From a virus (Duplodnaviria > Caudoviricetes): a stretch of 40,391 nucleotides of DNA. Position 1 is the stretch's first letter. Every line of letters begins with the position of its first letter. The notes beneath the pieces are model-generated. The model worked only from the letters and a program-made list of their open reading frames with translations, was not told the DNA's origin and searched no databases. The position numbers were made by a program, and so were the translations under genes. Where the stretch lies: positions 1-40,391 of the IMG/VR virus record IMGVR_UViG_3300030100_001240. One strand, 5' to 3'. Positions 14,558 through 24,568 of the stretch are shown in pieces.

Positions 14558-16238
14558 AGACCCGGTTACCAATTATGCGCAGCGCGTTGTTGCCGGCAGG
14601 ATCGTAGCTGGCCCTCACGTTCGAGATGCCTGCGCCCGGCACTTGCGCGATTTGGAGGAGGGGCCGAAAAGGGGTTTGGTCTGGAGGGTAGACCAGGCAA
14701 AAGACGCGATCGGGTTTTTCCGTGATGTGCTTTGCTTGAATGGCGGCGACTTTGAAGGCGACCCGTTTATTCTGTTGGACTTCCAAGAGTTCATAGTTGG
14801 CTCATTGTTTGGCTGGTATGACGAAGACGGCACCCGTCGCTTTCGCGTTGCGTATATCGAGACTGGTAAGGGTAGTGGCAAATCACCGCTGGCCGCCGGC
14901 GTCGGTTTGAAAGGTCTGGTAGCAGACGGCGAAAAGCGCGCGGAAATTTATGCTGCCGCGACAAAAAAAGATCAGGCGATGATCCTGTTCCGTGATGCGG
15001 TTGCGATGGTCGATCTGTCGCCGGTACTGGCGGAAAGAATTCGGCGAGCAGGAAGTGTTGGCCACGAATGGAACCTGGCTTATCAGGAAACCATGTCTTA
15101 CTTCAGGCCGATCAGTTCCGACGATGGACAGTCTGGGCCTCGCCCGCACATGGCGCTGCTGGATGAGATTCACGAGCACCGTGATGGTCGCGTTATCGAA
15201 ATGCTGCGAGCTGGCACCAAGGGCCGCAAGCAGGCGATGATCTTTATGATCACCAACAGCGGTGCAAACAAACAGTCGGTCTGTTACGAGTACCACGAAT
15301 ACGCAGGCCAAGTGTGCGCGGGCATGGTGGAGGACGACACCTTTTTTGGTTATGTCTGCGCCCTGGATGAAGGCGATGATCCGTTCAATGACGAGAAGTG
15401 CTGGCTGAAAGCCAACCCATCGCTGGGTATAACCATCCAGAAGAAATATTTGCGCGAGCAGGTTCGTGAAGCGCGAGGCATGCCGAGCAAGGAATCGGTT
15501 GTGCGGCGGCTGAACTTCTGCCAGTGGGTGGAGGCTAACTCGCCGGCGATTAGCTATGACCACTGGATAGCTGCGCAAGACAAAGAGTTTGTTAGCAACT
15601 TCAAGGGCCGGCGTTGTTATGCAGGCCTTGATCTATCCAGCACAACGGATTTGACTTCGCTCGTGTTGTCGTTTGAACCGACAGAAGACGATCCCTACTG
15701 GCGATACCAACCTTTCTTCTGGTTGCCTGAAGAGGGTATGGCGGAGAGGGAGAAGCGCGACAAAGTGCCTTACTCGAAATGGTTGCGAGACGGGCACCTG
15801 GAAGTAACGCCGGGCCGAGCTGTTAGCAAACAGTTTGTACTGCAGCGGCTGGTGCAGTTATTTCAGCCGCTCACTATTGAGGCTCTGGCTTATGACCGGT
15901 GGCGCATTGAAGACCTGAAGGTCATGGCTGAAGAGGGTGGGTTAACACTTCCCGAGATGCACGCGTTCGGGCAGGGCTATCAGTCCATGGGCCCGGCTTA
16001 CGACGAATTTGAATTGCGCTTGCTGAACGATCTGTTCCGGCATCCTGGCAATCCGGTGTTCACCTGGAATGCGGCTAACACGGTTGTTACAACGGATCCG
16101 GCGGGATCGCGAAAGCCAGCCAAAGATAAAGCCATTGGGCGGATCGATGGCATTGTTGCAGCCGTTATGGCCACTGGTGTTTCGATGAAGCGCACAGAGC
16201 AGAAAGCATCAGTTTACGAAGAGCGAGGATTGGTATGA
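14472..16238 (+). CDS. Terminase large subunit
   Basis: GKGSGKS Walker A; LLDEIHEH Walker B; GLDLSSTTD; RIDGIVA. Confidence 0.95.
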   Translation: MAKKAATTKTRARPKESLPARPRAISRSRDPVTNYAQRVVAGRIVAGPHVRDACARHLRDLEEGPKRGLVWRVDQAKDAIGFFRDVLCLNGGDFEGDPFILLDFQEFIVGSLFGWYDEDGTRRFRVAYIETGKGSGKSPLAAGVGLKGLVADGEKRAEIYAAATKKDQAMILFRDAVAMVDLSPVLAERIRRAGSVGHEWNLAYQETMSYFRPISSDDGQSGPRPHMALLDEIHEHRDGRVIEMLRAGTKGRKQAMIFMITNSGANKQSVCYEYHEYAGQVCAGMVEDDTFFGYVCALDEGDDPFNDEKCWLKANPSLGITIQKKYLREQVREARGMPSKESVVRRLNFCQWVEANSPAISYDHWIAAQDKEFVSNFKGRRCYAGLDLSSTTDLTSLVLSFEPTEDDPYWRYQPFFWLPEEGMAEREKRDKVPYSKWLRDGHLEVTPGRAVSKQFVLQRLVQLFQPLTIEALAYDRWRIEDLKVMAEEGGLTLPEMHAFGQGYQSMGPAYDEFELRLLNDLFRHPGNPVFTWNAANTVVTTDPAGSRKPAKDKAIGRIDGIVAAVMATGVSMKRTEQKASVYEERGLV

Positions 16239-16453
16239 AAAATGCGTCGCCCATCACCCGAGTGGCAACAAGTCTGGGTCGGGCCACGGCTGGCTTCTTC
16301 GGTCATTTCTTTTTTGACTTCACCGCTATCGCAGGCCTGGGCATGCTGGGGTTTGGAATCTGGCAATGGAGCCAACCGGCGGCTTATGTAACTGTTGGCT
16401 CCATAATATTTGTCAGCAGTCTTCTGGGTGCTAGGGCCAAGGCCGCGCAGTGA
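16235..16453 (+). CDS. Small two-TM membrane protein
   Basis: Coupled between terL and portal. Confidence 0.65.
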   Translation: MKNASPITRVATSLGRATAGFFGHFFFDFTAIAGLGMLGFGIWQWSQPAAYVTVGSIIFVSSLLGARAKAAQ

Positions 16454-17751
16454 TTATCGAGCAGATGTTTGAAAGACGGTCGCAGTCGGTAAACCCGGCG
16501 CACCCGCGCGATCCTTTATTGGCGTCGCTGTTTGGCTTGTCTGCAAATACGTCTGCGGGTGTATCCATAACACCTGATCGGGCGATGCGAATTGTGGCGG
16601 TCTATGCGGCTGTCCGGATTATTGCAGAGACCGTGGCAAGTCTGCCGCTAAATGTGTATCAGGGCCGGGATGATGGCGGCAAGGAAGTTACGCGCGCTCA
16701 CCCGCTCTATCCGTTGCTGCACGACCAGCCGAACGCCTGGCAAACTTCATTTGAATGGCGGGAAATGATGGTTGGGCACGCGGCGCTTCGCGGCAATGCC
16801 TATAGTGAAATCATCCACAGTAATGGTGGAAGTGTTGAGGCTTTGATTCCGCTGCATCCCGACCGGGTGATTCCGTTCATGCCTCGTGCCGGGACAATGG
16901 CTTATGAATACGCGGCGGCTGATGGCAGGTCGCGAATTATCCTGCAAGACGAAATGCACCACTTGCGTGGCCTCTCTGCGGATGGAGTGAAGGGGTACGA
17001 CCCCGTAGATTTGGCGCGTGACTCTCTCGGTCTAACGGCGGCCAGCGAGGAGTTCGGCGCGCGGTTTTTTGGAAACGGTACGGTCGCTGGTGGCTACCTC
17101 AAGCACCCGCAAACATTGAGCGAAGACGCTCAGAAGCGACTGATTAAATCGTGGGAAGAACGGCACCGAGGTCCGCAGCGTTCCCATCGCCCTGCAGTCT
17201 TGGAAGAGGGCATGGAATGGCAGGCAATCGGGATCGAGCCGGAAAAGGCTCAGTTCCTGGAAACGCGGAAGTTTCAGATTGCCGATATTGCCCGCATGTT
17301 CCGCGTGCCGCCGCACATGCTGGCGGATCTGGATCGTGCAACCAACAACAACATCGAGCACCAGTCGCTTGAATTCTTGATGCACACGATTCGGCCATGG
17401 CTGGTGCGCCACGAGCAGGCAATACGACGGGATCTATTCTCGATCGAAGACCGCCGCAAGCATTTTGCGAAATACCTTGTTAACGCCCTGCTGCGTGGCG
17501 ACGTTAAATCACGGGGAACGTTCTACAAGGAAATGTTCGGCATCGGCGCAATGTCGCCAAATGATGTGCGTGAGCTTGAGGACTTGAACCCGATCGACGG
17601 CGGCGATCAATACTTCATCCAGTCAAACAACGTAGCCCCACTCACCGACCCGGTTCCCAAAGACGATGAAGACGACCTCATTAGAGCGCTCACAGACCTT
17701 GTCAAAAAGAACGGGTCTGACAGCCCTGACGCTGCTACTGACACAAGATGA
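16450..17751 (+). CDS. HK97-family portal protein
   Basis: AVYAAVRIIAETVASLPL; QFLETRKF; IARMFRVPPHML. Confidence 0.95.
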   Translation: MIIEQMFERRSQSVNPAHPRDPLLASLFGLSANTSAGVSITPDRAMRIVAVYAAVRIIAETVASLPLNVYQGRDDGGKEVTRAHPLYPLLHDQPNAWQTSFEWREMMVGHAALRGNAYSEIIHSNGGSVEALIPLHPDRVIPFMPRAGTMAYEYAAADGRSRIILQDEMHHLRGLSADGVKGYDPVDLARDSLGLTAASEEFGARFFGNGTVAGGYLKHPQTLSEDAQKRLIKSWEERHRGPQRSHRPAVLEEGMEWQAIGIEPEKAQFLETRKFQIADIARMFRVPPHMLADLDRATNNNIEHQSLEFLMHTIRPWLVRHEQAIRRDLFSIEDRRKHFAKYLVNALLRGDVKSRGTFYKEMFGIGAMSPNDVRELEDLNPIDGGDQYFIQSNNVAPLTDPVPKDDEDDLIRALTDLVKKNGSDSPDAATDTR

Positions 17752-18394
17752 GCGCTACCGTGGCCCACGGGGCGAACGAGGGGACAAGGGCGAGCGGGGC
17801 GAGCAGGGCCAGGTAGGCGCCAGGGGCGCGCAGGGTCAAGAGGGCGAGCGAGGCCCCAAGGGTTACCGGGGGTTGCGGGGAGATACAGGCGAGAAAGGCA
17901 ATCACGGATCCCGCGGCGCCAGGGGCGAAGCCGGCCCTCGTGGAGTTAAGGGTGAGCCCGGACTTGGCATTGACAAGCAGCGCACTCGGATTAACAACAA
18001 GGGAAATCTCATCCTGGCGTTTACAGACGGCAGCGAAAAAGATCTTGGGCGCGTTCGAGGCGACGACGGCAACAGCCCGTCGCCAGTAATCTCCCGAATG
18101 GGTGGAGGCGGTGGAACCAACGATTTCAATTTTAAAACCGTTGTCGGGAACTACACCGTCGAAACGCGGGTCACCGTGTTGCGCGTCGACACGTCGGGCG
18201 GCGATGTCACCGTCACGGTGCCAGCGGGGCGGCGCAAGTGGCTGCATATAAAACGCGTCGGATCCGGATCGGTCACAGTGTCGACCGATACTGGTGCTGC
18301 TATTGAGGGCGAGACCAGCCGTATTCTCAATCGCGATTTGTGGGCGCTGAGAATCGCCTGGGATGCAGAACATGAAGCGTACTGGGAATTTTGA
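17666..18394 (+). CDS. Collagen triple-helix repeat protein
   Basis: About 22 Gly-X-Y repeats, then GNLILAFTDGSEKDLGRV and a beta-rich C-terminal domain. Confidence 0.8.
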   Translation: MKTTSLERSQTLSKRTGLTALTLLLTQDERYRGPRGERGDKGERGEQGQVGARGAQGQEGERGPKGYRGLRGDTGEKGNHGSRGARGEAGPRGVKGEPGLGIDKQRTRINNKGNLILAFTDGSEKDLGRVRGDDGNSPSPVISRMGGGGGTNDFNFKTVVGNYTVETRVTVLRVDTSGGDVTVTVPAGRRKWLHIKRVGSGSVTVSTDTGAAIEGETSRILNRDLWALRIAWDAEHEAYWEF

Positions 18395-18999
18395 TGGGCA
18401 AAGAAGTTCTACCTGATCCCCTTAACGTCAACCAGCAAATCGGAGACGTTGATGCACCGGGCGGCGCGGGCAATGTCTCTGGGTCAACGCCGCGGATTAC
18501 GCTGGCGACAGACGATCTTGCTATTGCCGCTGCGATCGAGGCGCTGCGAGATAAGTATTCTCAGCACTTCAACGCAGGTCTGATTCGCCACGTTGGCGCC
18601 TCCTTAACGTCGGGGCTCGCCAGTACGCAAAGTTTTCGGCTGGCCAATCCGGCAGCCAGCGGCAAGAACCTATTAGTGCTGCAAACGTTGTTGACGCCAA
18701 CGGTTGATGCAACGTTCACATTGAGCAAAAACGGCACGCTCGCGGGGCCGACAAACCACACACCATGGAACCCTATAATCGATGGTGGCGACACCACGGT
18801 AGCTGTTGCGCAGTCGCAGGCAGTCGCATTCACAGGAGCGACATCGTTGCCAGGCGGCCTCCGCACGGCGGCTAATATTACGCTGTCTCTTCCGCTCTTG
18901 GTCCTGTTGACGCCAGGGAAGAGCATCGGCGCGAGCGTAACCTACGGCACCGGCGCCACCTCGCACGTCAACATCATATACGTAGAGCTGCCGGAATGA
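18394..18999 (+). CDS. Hypothetical beta-rich virion protein
   Basis: Coupled ORF, Ala/Thr/Gly-rich. Confidence 0.55.
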   Translation: MGKEVLPDPLNVNQQIGDVDAPGGAGNVSGSTPRITLATDDLAIAAAIEALRDKYSQHFNAGLIRHVGASLTSGLASTQSFRLANPAASGKNLLVLQTLLTPTVDATFTLSKNGTLAGPTNHTPWNPIIDGGDTTVAVAQSQAVAFTGATSLPGGLRTAANITLSLPLLVLLTPGKSIGASVTYGTGATSHVNIIYVELPE

Positions 19000-19205
19000 A
19001 GATCAACTGCCCGCACTGCGGCACCAGTGCTGCACCAATCTGGGTGCGAGTAAGCGACGAAGCTCGCCCGCACTCTCCGGGCACCATAGATGTGCGTGTT
19101 ATAGGCAAGCACTTCTATGAGAATCAGGTAGCGCTGGGGCCTTGTGAATTCTCCGGCGCGGTGGTGACACCAGACCAATATGAACAGCTGCAATGGCAGG
19201 AGTGA
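18996..19205 (+). CDS. Small Cys-containing hypothetical protein
   Basis: CPHCG; ATGA-coupled. Confidence 0.55.
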   Translation: MKINCPHCGTSAAPIWVRVSDEARPHSPGTIDVRVIGKHFYENQVALGPCEFSGAVVTPDQYEQLQWQE

Positions 19206-19831
19206 TGATGAATAAGAGCATCGAAAAACGCGCATTCACCGCTGATGAAATGCGCGTTGAAACCCGCGACGACGGCAGCAAGCGAATTGTCGGCCATGCC
19301 GCTGTGTTTAACCAGTTGAGCGAGAACCTCGGCGGATTCCGCGAGCAGATTGAGCCGGGCGCCTTTGATGACGTGCTTGACGACGACGTGCGGGCGCTAT
19401 TCAACCACAACCCGGATCACGTGCTGGGTCGCACTTTATCCAAGACCCTGAAAATCGAGCAGGACAAAACAGGCCTGCGTTATGAAATTGATCCGCCGGA
19501 TACCCAAGCGGCCCGCGACCTGATGGTTTCCCTGGAGCGCGGCGATATATCGCAATCGTCTTTTGCCTTTTCTGTGGGCGACGACGACTGGGAGGAAAAC
19601 GATGAAGGCGTGATCATCCGCACGATCAAGACTTTCAAGCGATTGTTCGATGTTTCGCCGGTTACCTATCCGGCATACCCGGATGCCGACGTGGGCTTGC
19701 GGAGCCTGGAAGCCTGGAAGCAATCACGCCGCCCGCATGAAGATCGCGGGCATAACGACAACCATGAGCAGGGAGAGGGTATGCCTATCGACATGCTCAA
19801 ACGCAAATTGGATGTAGAGGTTCTTAGCTGA
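19205..19831 (+). CDS. HK97-family prohead protease
   Basis: GHAAVFNQLSE..GGFREQIEPGAF; LFNHN; SSFAF; DVSPVTYPAY. Confidence 0.95.
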   Translation: MMNKSIEKRAFTADEMRVETRDDGSKRIVGHAAVFNQLSENLGGFREQIEPGAFDDVLDDDVRALFNHNPDHVLGRTLSKTLKIEQDKTGLRYEIDPPDTQAARDLMVSLERGDISQSSFAFSVGDDDWEENDEGVIIRTIKTFKRLFDVSPVTYPAYPDADVGLRSLEAWKQSRRPHEDRGHNDNHEQGEGMPIDMLKRKLDVEVLS

Positions 19832-19855
19832 CGCGGAGGCGTTAGCAAGAAAAGC

Positions 19856-19878
19856 AAGGGCCTGGTGGCCCTTTTTTT
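19856..19878 (+). terminator. Terminator-like hairpin between protease and capsid
   Basis: AAGGGCC-TGGT-GGCCCTT-TTTTT. Confidence 0.6.
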
Positions 19879-19901
19879 ATGTCAGTCGAAAGGAGACTAC
19901 T

Positions 19902-21143
19902 ATGAGCAAGCGACTGCAAAGCCTCCGCGAGAAGCGGAGTAATCTGGTGAAAGCCGCCCGTGATGTTATTGAGCACGCGGAAGGCGAAAGCCGATCTTCA
20001 CTGAATAGCGATGAGCAGCAAAAGTACGACACTATCTGGAGCGAGGTCGAAAGCCTCGGCACAGAGATCAAGCGCGAAGAAGATCTCGATGAAGCGGAGC
20101 GTCGGATGGCGGAGCGCGCTTCTCGCGAGCGCGAGGAAGGCGGTAACCGCAGTGACGAGCAGGGTGACCAGTCTGAGCGTCGAGCCGCCGCTCTGATGGG
20201 TGCCTTCCGTAGCTGGTGTGCCGAAGGTCGCATTGTGGGTCAGGCGGCACGAGAGCTGCGTGATCTGCAGGCGGATGTCGATATCGAGGGCGGTTATATC
20301 GTGCCTCCGGAACAGTTCGTGAACCAACTGATCAAGTTTGTCGACGACATGGTGTTTATCCGTCAGCGGGCCACGGTCATTCAGGTGCCTTCGGCGCAGT
20401 CACTCGGCGCGCCTTCGCTCGATACTGACCCTGCTGATGCAGACTGGACTTCGGAGCTGGATACCGGCAGCGAAGATTCGGCGATGGCCTTTGGTAAGCG
20501 ATCGCTGCATCCGCACCCGCTGGCCAAGCGCATCAAAGTCAGCAACAAGCTCTTGCGCGTTGCCACCATGAGCGCCGAAAACCTGGTACGTGAACGCCTG
20601 GCGTACAAGTTCGGCATCACTGAGGAAAAAGCCTTCCTCACCGGTACCGGAGCAGGTCAGCCTCTGGGCTTGTTCACCGCGTCAAACGACGGTATTTCCA
20701 CTGGGCGCGATGTGTCTGAAGGCAATACGGCAACATCCATAAAGTTCGATGGACTGATCGAGGCGAAGTACACCCTCAAGGGCCAGTACCATCCGAACGC
20801 GGCGTGGATGTTCCACCGCGATGCACTCAAGCAGCTCGCCAAGCTCAAGGATGGTGAGGGTCAGTACATCTGGCGTGAGAGTGTTCGCGCTGGCGAGCCA
20901 GATCGCCTTCTGGGGCTGCCGTTCATCATGAGCGAGTACGCGCCTAACACGTTCACTACCGGTAAGTACGTCGGCATTCTCGGCGACTACAGCAACTACT
21001 GGATTGCCGATTCTCTGGCCATGCAGTTGCAGCGCCTTGTGGAGCTGTACGCTGAAACCAACCAGGTGGGTTTTATAGGTCGCCGCGAGCTGGATGGCAT
21101 GCCGGTGCTCGAAGAGGCCTTTGTTCGCGTCAAGCTGGGTTAA
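19902..21143 (+). CDS. Major capsid protein, HK97 fold
   Basis: Coiled-coil delta domain; GGYIVP; LKDGEGQYIW; LLGLP. Confidence 0.95.
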   Translation: MSKRLQSLREKRSNLVKAARDVIEHAEGESRSSLNSDEQQKYDTIWSEVESLGTEIKREEDLDEAERRMAERASREREEGGNRSDEQGDQSERRAAALMGAFRSWCAEGRIVGQAARELRDLQADVDIEGGYIVPPEQFVNQLIKFVDDMVFIRQRATVIQVPSAQSLGAPSLDTDPADADWTSELDTGSEDSAMAFGKRSLHPHPLAKRIKVSNKLLRVATMSAENLVRERLAYKFGITEEKAFLTGTGAGQPLGLFTASNDGISTGRDVSEGNTATSIKFDGLIEAKYTLKGQYHPNAAWMFHRDALKQLAKLKDGEGQYIWRESVRAGEPDRLLGLPFIMSEYAPNTFTTGKYVGILGDYSNYWIADSLAMQLQRLVELYAETNQVGFIGRRELDGMPVLEEAFVRVKLG

Positions 21144-21222
21144 AGCAAGCCCGATCCATTAGTAGCGCGCGGCTTAGCCGCGCGCACTTAACAAGACAAA
21201 TGGGACAAACAGGAGAAACATC

Positions 21223-21639
21223 ATGAACCTGTCCAAAAATACGAAGCTTGTGCTGGTCAGTCTTGCTGCCGCCAGCGCCGGTACCGCCATCAACTCCGCC
21301 AGCGTCGACATGCAGGGCTTTGACGGCGTTGTGTTCTTCGGGTCATTCGGTAAGGCGAACGCGAGCAATTTTGCAAACGCTGCGCAGTCAGATGACGACA
21401 CGACCTTTACCGACCTGGCTGGCACCAAAGTCGCGCCTGGTGATGACGACGATTCCTTTCTGATCGACATCTATCGCCCGGGTAAGCGCTACGTGCGCTG
21501 CGAGATAGACCGCGGCGGCGCGAATACAGCCACCGGCGACATCTACGCCTTGCTGTACGGTGCTCGCAACATGCCTGTCACGCACGGCAGCACCATCGAT
21601 GCTGAAACGCATGTGTCACCCGCCGAAGGGACTGCCTGA
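21223..21639 (+). CDS. Putative head decoration/accessory protein
   Basis: After MCP; VDMQGFDGV...KRYVR beta-sandwich pattern. Confidence 0.55.
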   Translation: MNLSKNTKLVLVSLAAASAGTAINSASVDMQGFDGVVFFGSFGKANASNFANAAQSDDDTTFTDLAGTKVAPGDDDDSFLIDIYRPGKRYVRCEIDRGGANTATGDIYALLYGARNMPVTHGSTIDAETHVSPAEGTA

Positions 21640-21687
21640 TCAGTCTCCGTGACTGATCATCCCTTTTCATAAATCTGGAGATGAAAC

Positions 21688-22122
21688 ATGACCAGTAGCA
21701 AAGTGCGCATGCTGCAAGGCGGTGACGCGCAGCAAGTTGATAAAGGTGGCAAGTTCGGTCGGATCGGCGGCGCCACGATTACGGTGGGCACAGAAGCGGC
21801 CAACGTAATTAACGTTGCGATTCAGCTGGAGCAGCCCAATGGCGACGCCCTGGACGAGTTCGGCTATGTCACGGCCTACCTGTCGGACGATTCCGGTGGC
21901 GACGGCGTGGCGGGCACGGCACCCAGCGGCACGGTGGTCATCGGCACGGACGGAGCGATTATCGGTGAAATCACGGCGAAAAAGGTTCTGCTGCTGCAGT
22001 CCGAGGCCGACGGTGACATCGATATCAACATCACCGAGACCGGTGCCGACACCTGGTATCTGGTCGTGATTCTACCGAGCGGTGTCAAGGTTGTGTCCGA
22101 CGCCATCACCTTTGCTGCGTAA
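21688..22122 (+). CDS. Hypothetical structural protein
   Basis: GGAG RBS; acidic and beta-rich. Confidence 0.6.
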   Translation: MTSSKVRMLQGGDAQQVDKGGKFGRIGGATITVGTEAANVINVAIQLEQPNGDALDEFGYVTAYLSDDSGGDGVAGTAPSGTVVIGTDGAIIGEITAKKVLLLQSEADGDIDINITETGADTWYLVVILPSGVKVVSDAITFAA

Positions 22123-22133
22123 CGGGTGCTGAT

Positions 22134-22409
22134 ATGGCCGTAACAGCGAAAAAACTGACCAGCACCGGCGTAGTAAACAGTAGCAACGCCAGGGTGCTGG
22201 GTGTCCACATCGAGGCGACAGGAGTGGCCGGCAGCGTCACTCTCAAGGATGGTGGTGGTAGCGGCACCACCAAACTGGATATCGGTCTGGCGGCTGCGGC
22301 CGGTAATCACTACGTACCGGTTACCGGCGGCGGCATCGACTTTGCCACTGATGTCCACGCCATCCTTGCCAACGTTACCTCGATCACTGTGATTTACGAG
22401 GATTTGTGA
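22134..22409 (+). CDS. Hypothetical structural protein
   Basis: In the head-neck operon. Confidence 0.55.
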   Translation: MAVTAKKLTSTGVVNSSNARVLGVHIEATGVAGSVTLKDGGGSGTTKLDIGLAAAAGNHYVPVTGGGIDFATDVHAILANVTSITVIYEDL

Positions 22410-22690
22410 TGCGAGTCAAAATGATCAAAACCGATGCTGGCCCCGATGGCAGTTACACGCAGGGCCATGAATATACCGTGTCTAACGAAAAGGCGCAGGA
22501 ACTGTTCGGTGCTGGCGCTGCTGTGCCTGTGAAGAGTGCGGCAGTTGAGCGGGGCGTTTCCCGGGAAGCGGAAGCGGCGGAAACCCAGCAAGGCGTTGGC
22601 GGCAGCGGCCAGAAAAAAGTTACACCCAAGAAGCGGGCCGCGCGGAAGCGCAAGGCTGAGTCTAAGCGCCCGGGCGGTAACAGCCTCTGA
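22409..22690 (+). CDS. Hypothetical protein with basic C-terminus
   Basis: MRVKMIKTDAGPDG...; typical position before the connector. Confidence 0.55.
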   Translation: MRVKMIKTDAGPDGSYTQGHEYTVSNEKAQELFGAGAAVPVKSAAVERGVSREAEAAETQQGVGGSGQKKVTPKKRAARKRKAESKRPGGNSL

Positions 22691-23277
22691 TGCGCCTGGA
22701 TGGATGGTCGCTTTCCACGGTGGAGGCTCCTGCTGAGGAGCCGGTCACCACTGCGGAGGCGAAAGATCACGCGCGCATTGATATTTCCGACGACGACACT
22801 TTGGTCGACGCGATGGTCGAGTCGGTTCGCCTGCACACCGAGGATTTTCTCGGGCGCGCCCTGGTTACGCAAACGCTGTCGCTGCAGCTGGATCGCTTCC
22901 CGGAAGTAATCGAATTGCCCCGGCCGCCGCTTCAATCGGTGTCGTCCATCACCTATGTGGATGCTGACGGAGCGACGCAGACGCTGGCGGCGTCCAAGTA
23001 CAGGGTGGACAATAAGTCTGCGCCTGCGCGTGTTACGCCGGCCTGGGGTGAGGTGTGGCCGTCTACCCGCGCGGTAACCGGGGCTGTGACCGTGCAGTTT
23101 GTGGCCGGGTATGGCGCCGCAGCCGATGTGCCGCAGCGTATCAAGCACGCCATTCTGATGGCGTTCGGGCATCTGTATGAGAACCGCGAGGATGTATCAG
23201 TGGGCGTCCAAGGGCACAAACTGCCACAAAATTCTCAGTGGCTGCTCTGGCCTCTGCGGGTTAAGTGGTTTCAATGA
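22690..23277 (+). CDS. Head-tail connector (HK97 gp6/phiE125 gp8-like)
   Basis: EPVTTAEAKDHARID...GRALVTQT...HLYENRE. Confidence 0.9.
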   Translation: MRLDGWSLSTVEAPAEEPVTTAEAKDHARIDISDDDTLVDAMVESVRLHTEDFLGRALVTQTLSLQLDRFPEVIELPRPPLQSVSSITYVDADGATQTLAASKYRVDNKSAPARVTPAWGEVWPSTRAVTGAVTVQFVAGYGAAADVPQRIKHAILMAFGHLYENREDVSVGVQGHKLPQNSQWLLWPLRVKWFQ

Positions 23278-23603
23278 TACGCGCTGGCAAATTCCGCAAC
23301 CGCATTACAATCCAGAATTTCACCACCACCCGTGATGCGATCGGCGCGGAGGTAAAGAGCTGGGCCACGTTCGATGCGGTGTGGGCGGCTGTAGAGCCAC
23401 GGTCTGGACGTGAGCTGTTCAACGAGCAGTTCACTGGCGAGGTGGATACGCTGATCCGCATTCGGTACCGCAGCGGCATCAACGAAAAGATGCGCATTGT
23501 TTGGGGTAGCCGCACCTACCAGATCAAGGCGGTGCTGGATCAGCAGGCGCGCCACAAAGAACTGCACCTGATGTGCCGCGAGCTGAACCCGGAGGATAGT
23601 TGA
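23274..23603 (+). CDS. Head closure protein (SPP1 gp16-like)
   Basis: RAGKFRNRITIQ...WAAVEPRSGRE...IRYR. Confidence 0.9.
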   Translation: MIRAGKFRNRITIQNFTTTRDAIGAEVKSWATFDAVWAAVEPRSGRELFNEQFTGEVDTLIRIRYRSGINEKMRIVWGSRTYQIKAVLDQQARHKELHLMCRELNPEDS

Positions 23604-24160
23604 TGGCTGCGAAGTCGCTGAATATTGGCTCGCGCCGGACGAACCCTGCCGGCTTTTCCGGTAGCAGCAGTCAGGGTTTTCGTATCGAGGGTTTTGATGA
23701 TGTTTATAAAACGCTCAATCGCCTGTCTGACAAGGAGCTGCGCAAAGTAGCCCGTGGCATGCCGAATGCGGCTGCCGCCATGTTGCGCAAGGAGATCCGT
23801 GACGAGGCTCCGAAAGTCTCCGGCAACTTATCCAAGGCCATCAAGAACCGGCCTGCATCCGGCGAGGGGAACGATTTCGTCGCGCACGTGTATGTGGAAA
23901 CCGGCAAGCGTGCGCAGAACGATGGCTGGTACTGGCGGCTTGTGGAGTTCGGTACTGCCGCTCACGAGATCAAGCGCCGGCTTAAGAAGGGCTTGAACAT
24001 TGGGGGCGGAGTGTTTCGGGGCAGTGCCCAACACCCAGGCAAAGCGGCCCAGCCATTTATTCGCCCAACCATCGACAGAAACAAGGCTCGCATTCCCGGG
24101 GCGATGGCGGACTACGCTCGCAAGCGCTGGGACAAAGCCGTTAAAAAGGCGCGCCGATGA
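23603..24160 (+). CDS. HK97 gp10-like tail component
   Basis: YWRLVEFGT...HPGKAAQPFIRP. Confidence 0.85.
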   Translation: MAAKSLNIGSRRTNPAGFSGSSSQGFRIEGFDDVYKTLNRLSDKELRKVARGMPNAAAAMLRKEIRDEAPKVSGNLSKAIKNRPASGEGNDFVAHVYVETGKRAQNDGWYWRLVEFGTAAHEIKRRLKKGLNIGGGVFRGSAQHPGKAAQPFIRPTIDRNKARIPGAMADYARKRWDKAVKKARR

Positions 24161-24564
24161 CGGCCAGTGCAGAGAAAGTTATCTACCACCTGCTAAGCAA
24201 TGCCAGCGGCGTAACGAATCTGGTGAGCACCCGCATCTATCCAGCGGTGCTGTCGCAGGGAGCGGCATTTCCGGCGGTCAGTTACTTCCGGGTGTCGGGT
24301 AACCGCCACTGGTTGATGGGTAGCGACGCGGGCATCGTGCACCAGCGTATGCAGGTGTCCAGCTGGTCGCAGGGCGTCGAAAATTACCTGCAGGCTGACC
24401 AGGTGGCGCAGGAAGTACGCAAGGCCCTGCAGCGCCAGCGCGGCACCATTAACGGCGTAGAGGTGATCGACATTCTTCAGGATGGCGACGGCGCCATTAT
24501 TTTCGAAGACGAGATCGAGGTGTATCAAGCGATCTCCGACTACCAGGTAATTTACCGAGAGTAA
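24157..24564 (+). CDS. Tail terminator (DUF3168-like)
   Basis: LVSTRIYP...PAVSY...RMQVSSW. Confidence 0.8.
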   Translation: MTASAEKVIYHLLSNASGVTNLVSTRIYPAVLSQGAAFPAVSYFRVSGNRHWLMGSDAGIVHQRMQVSSWSQGVENYLQADQVAQEVRKALQRQRGTINGVEVIDILQDGDGAIIFEDEIEVYQAISDYQVIYRE

Positions 24565-24568
24565 CGTT

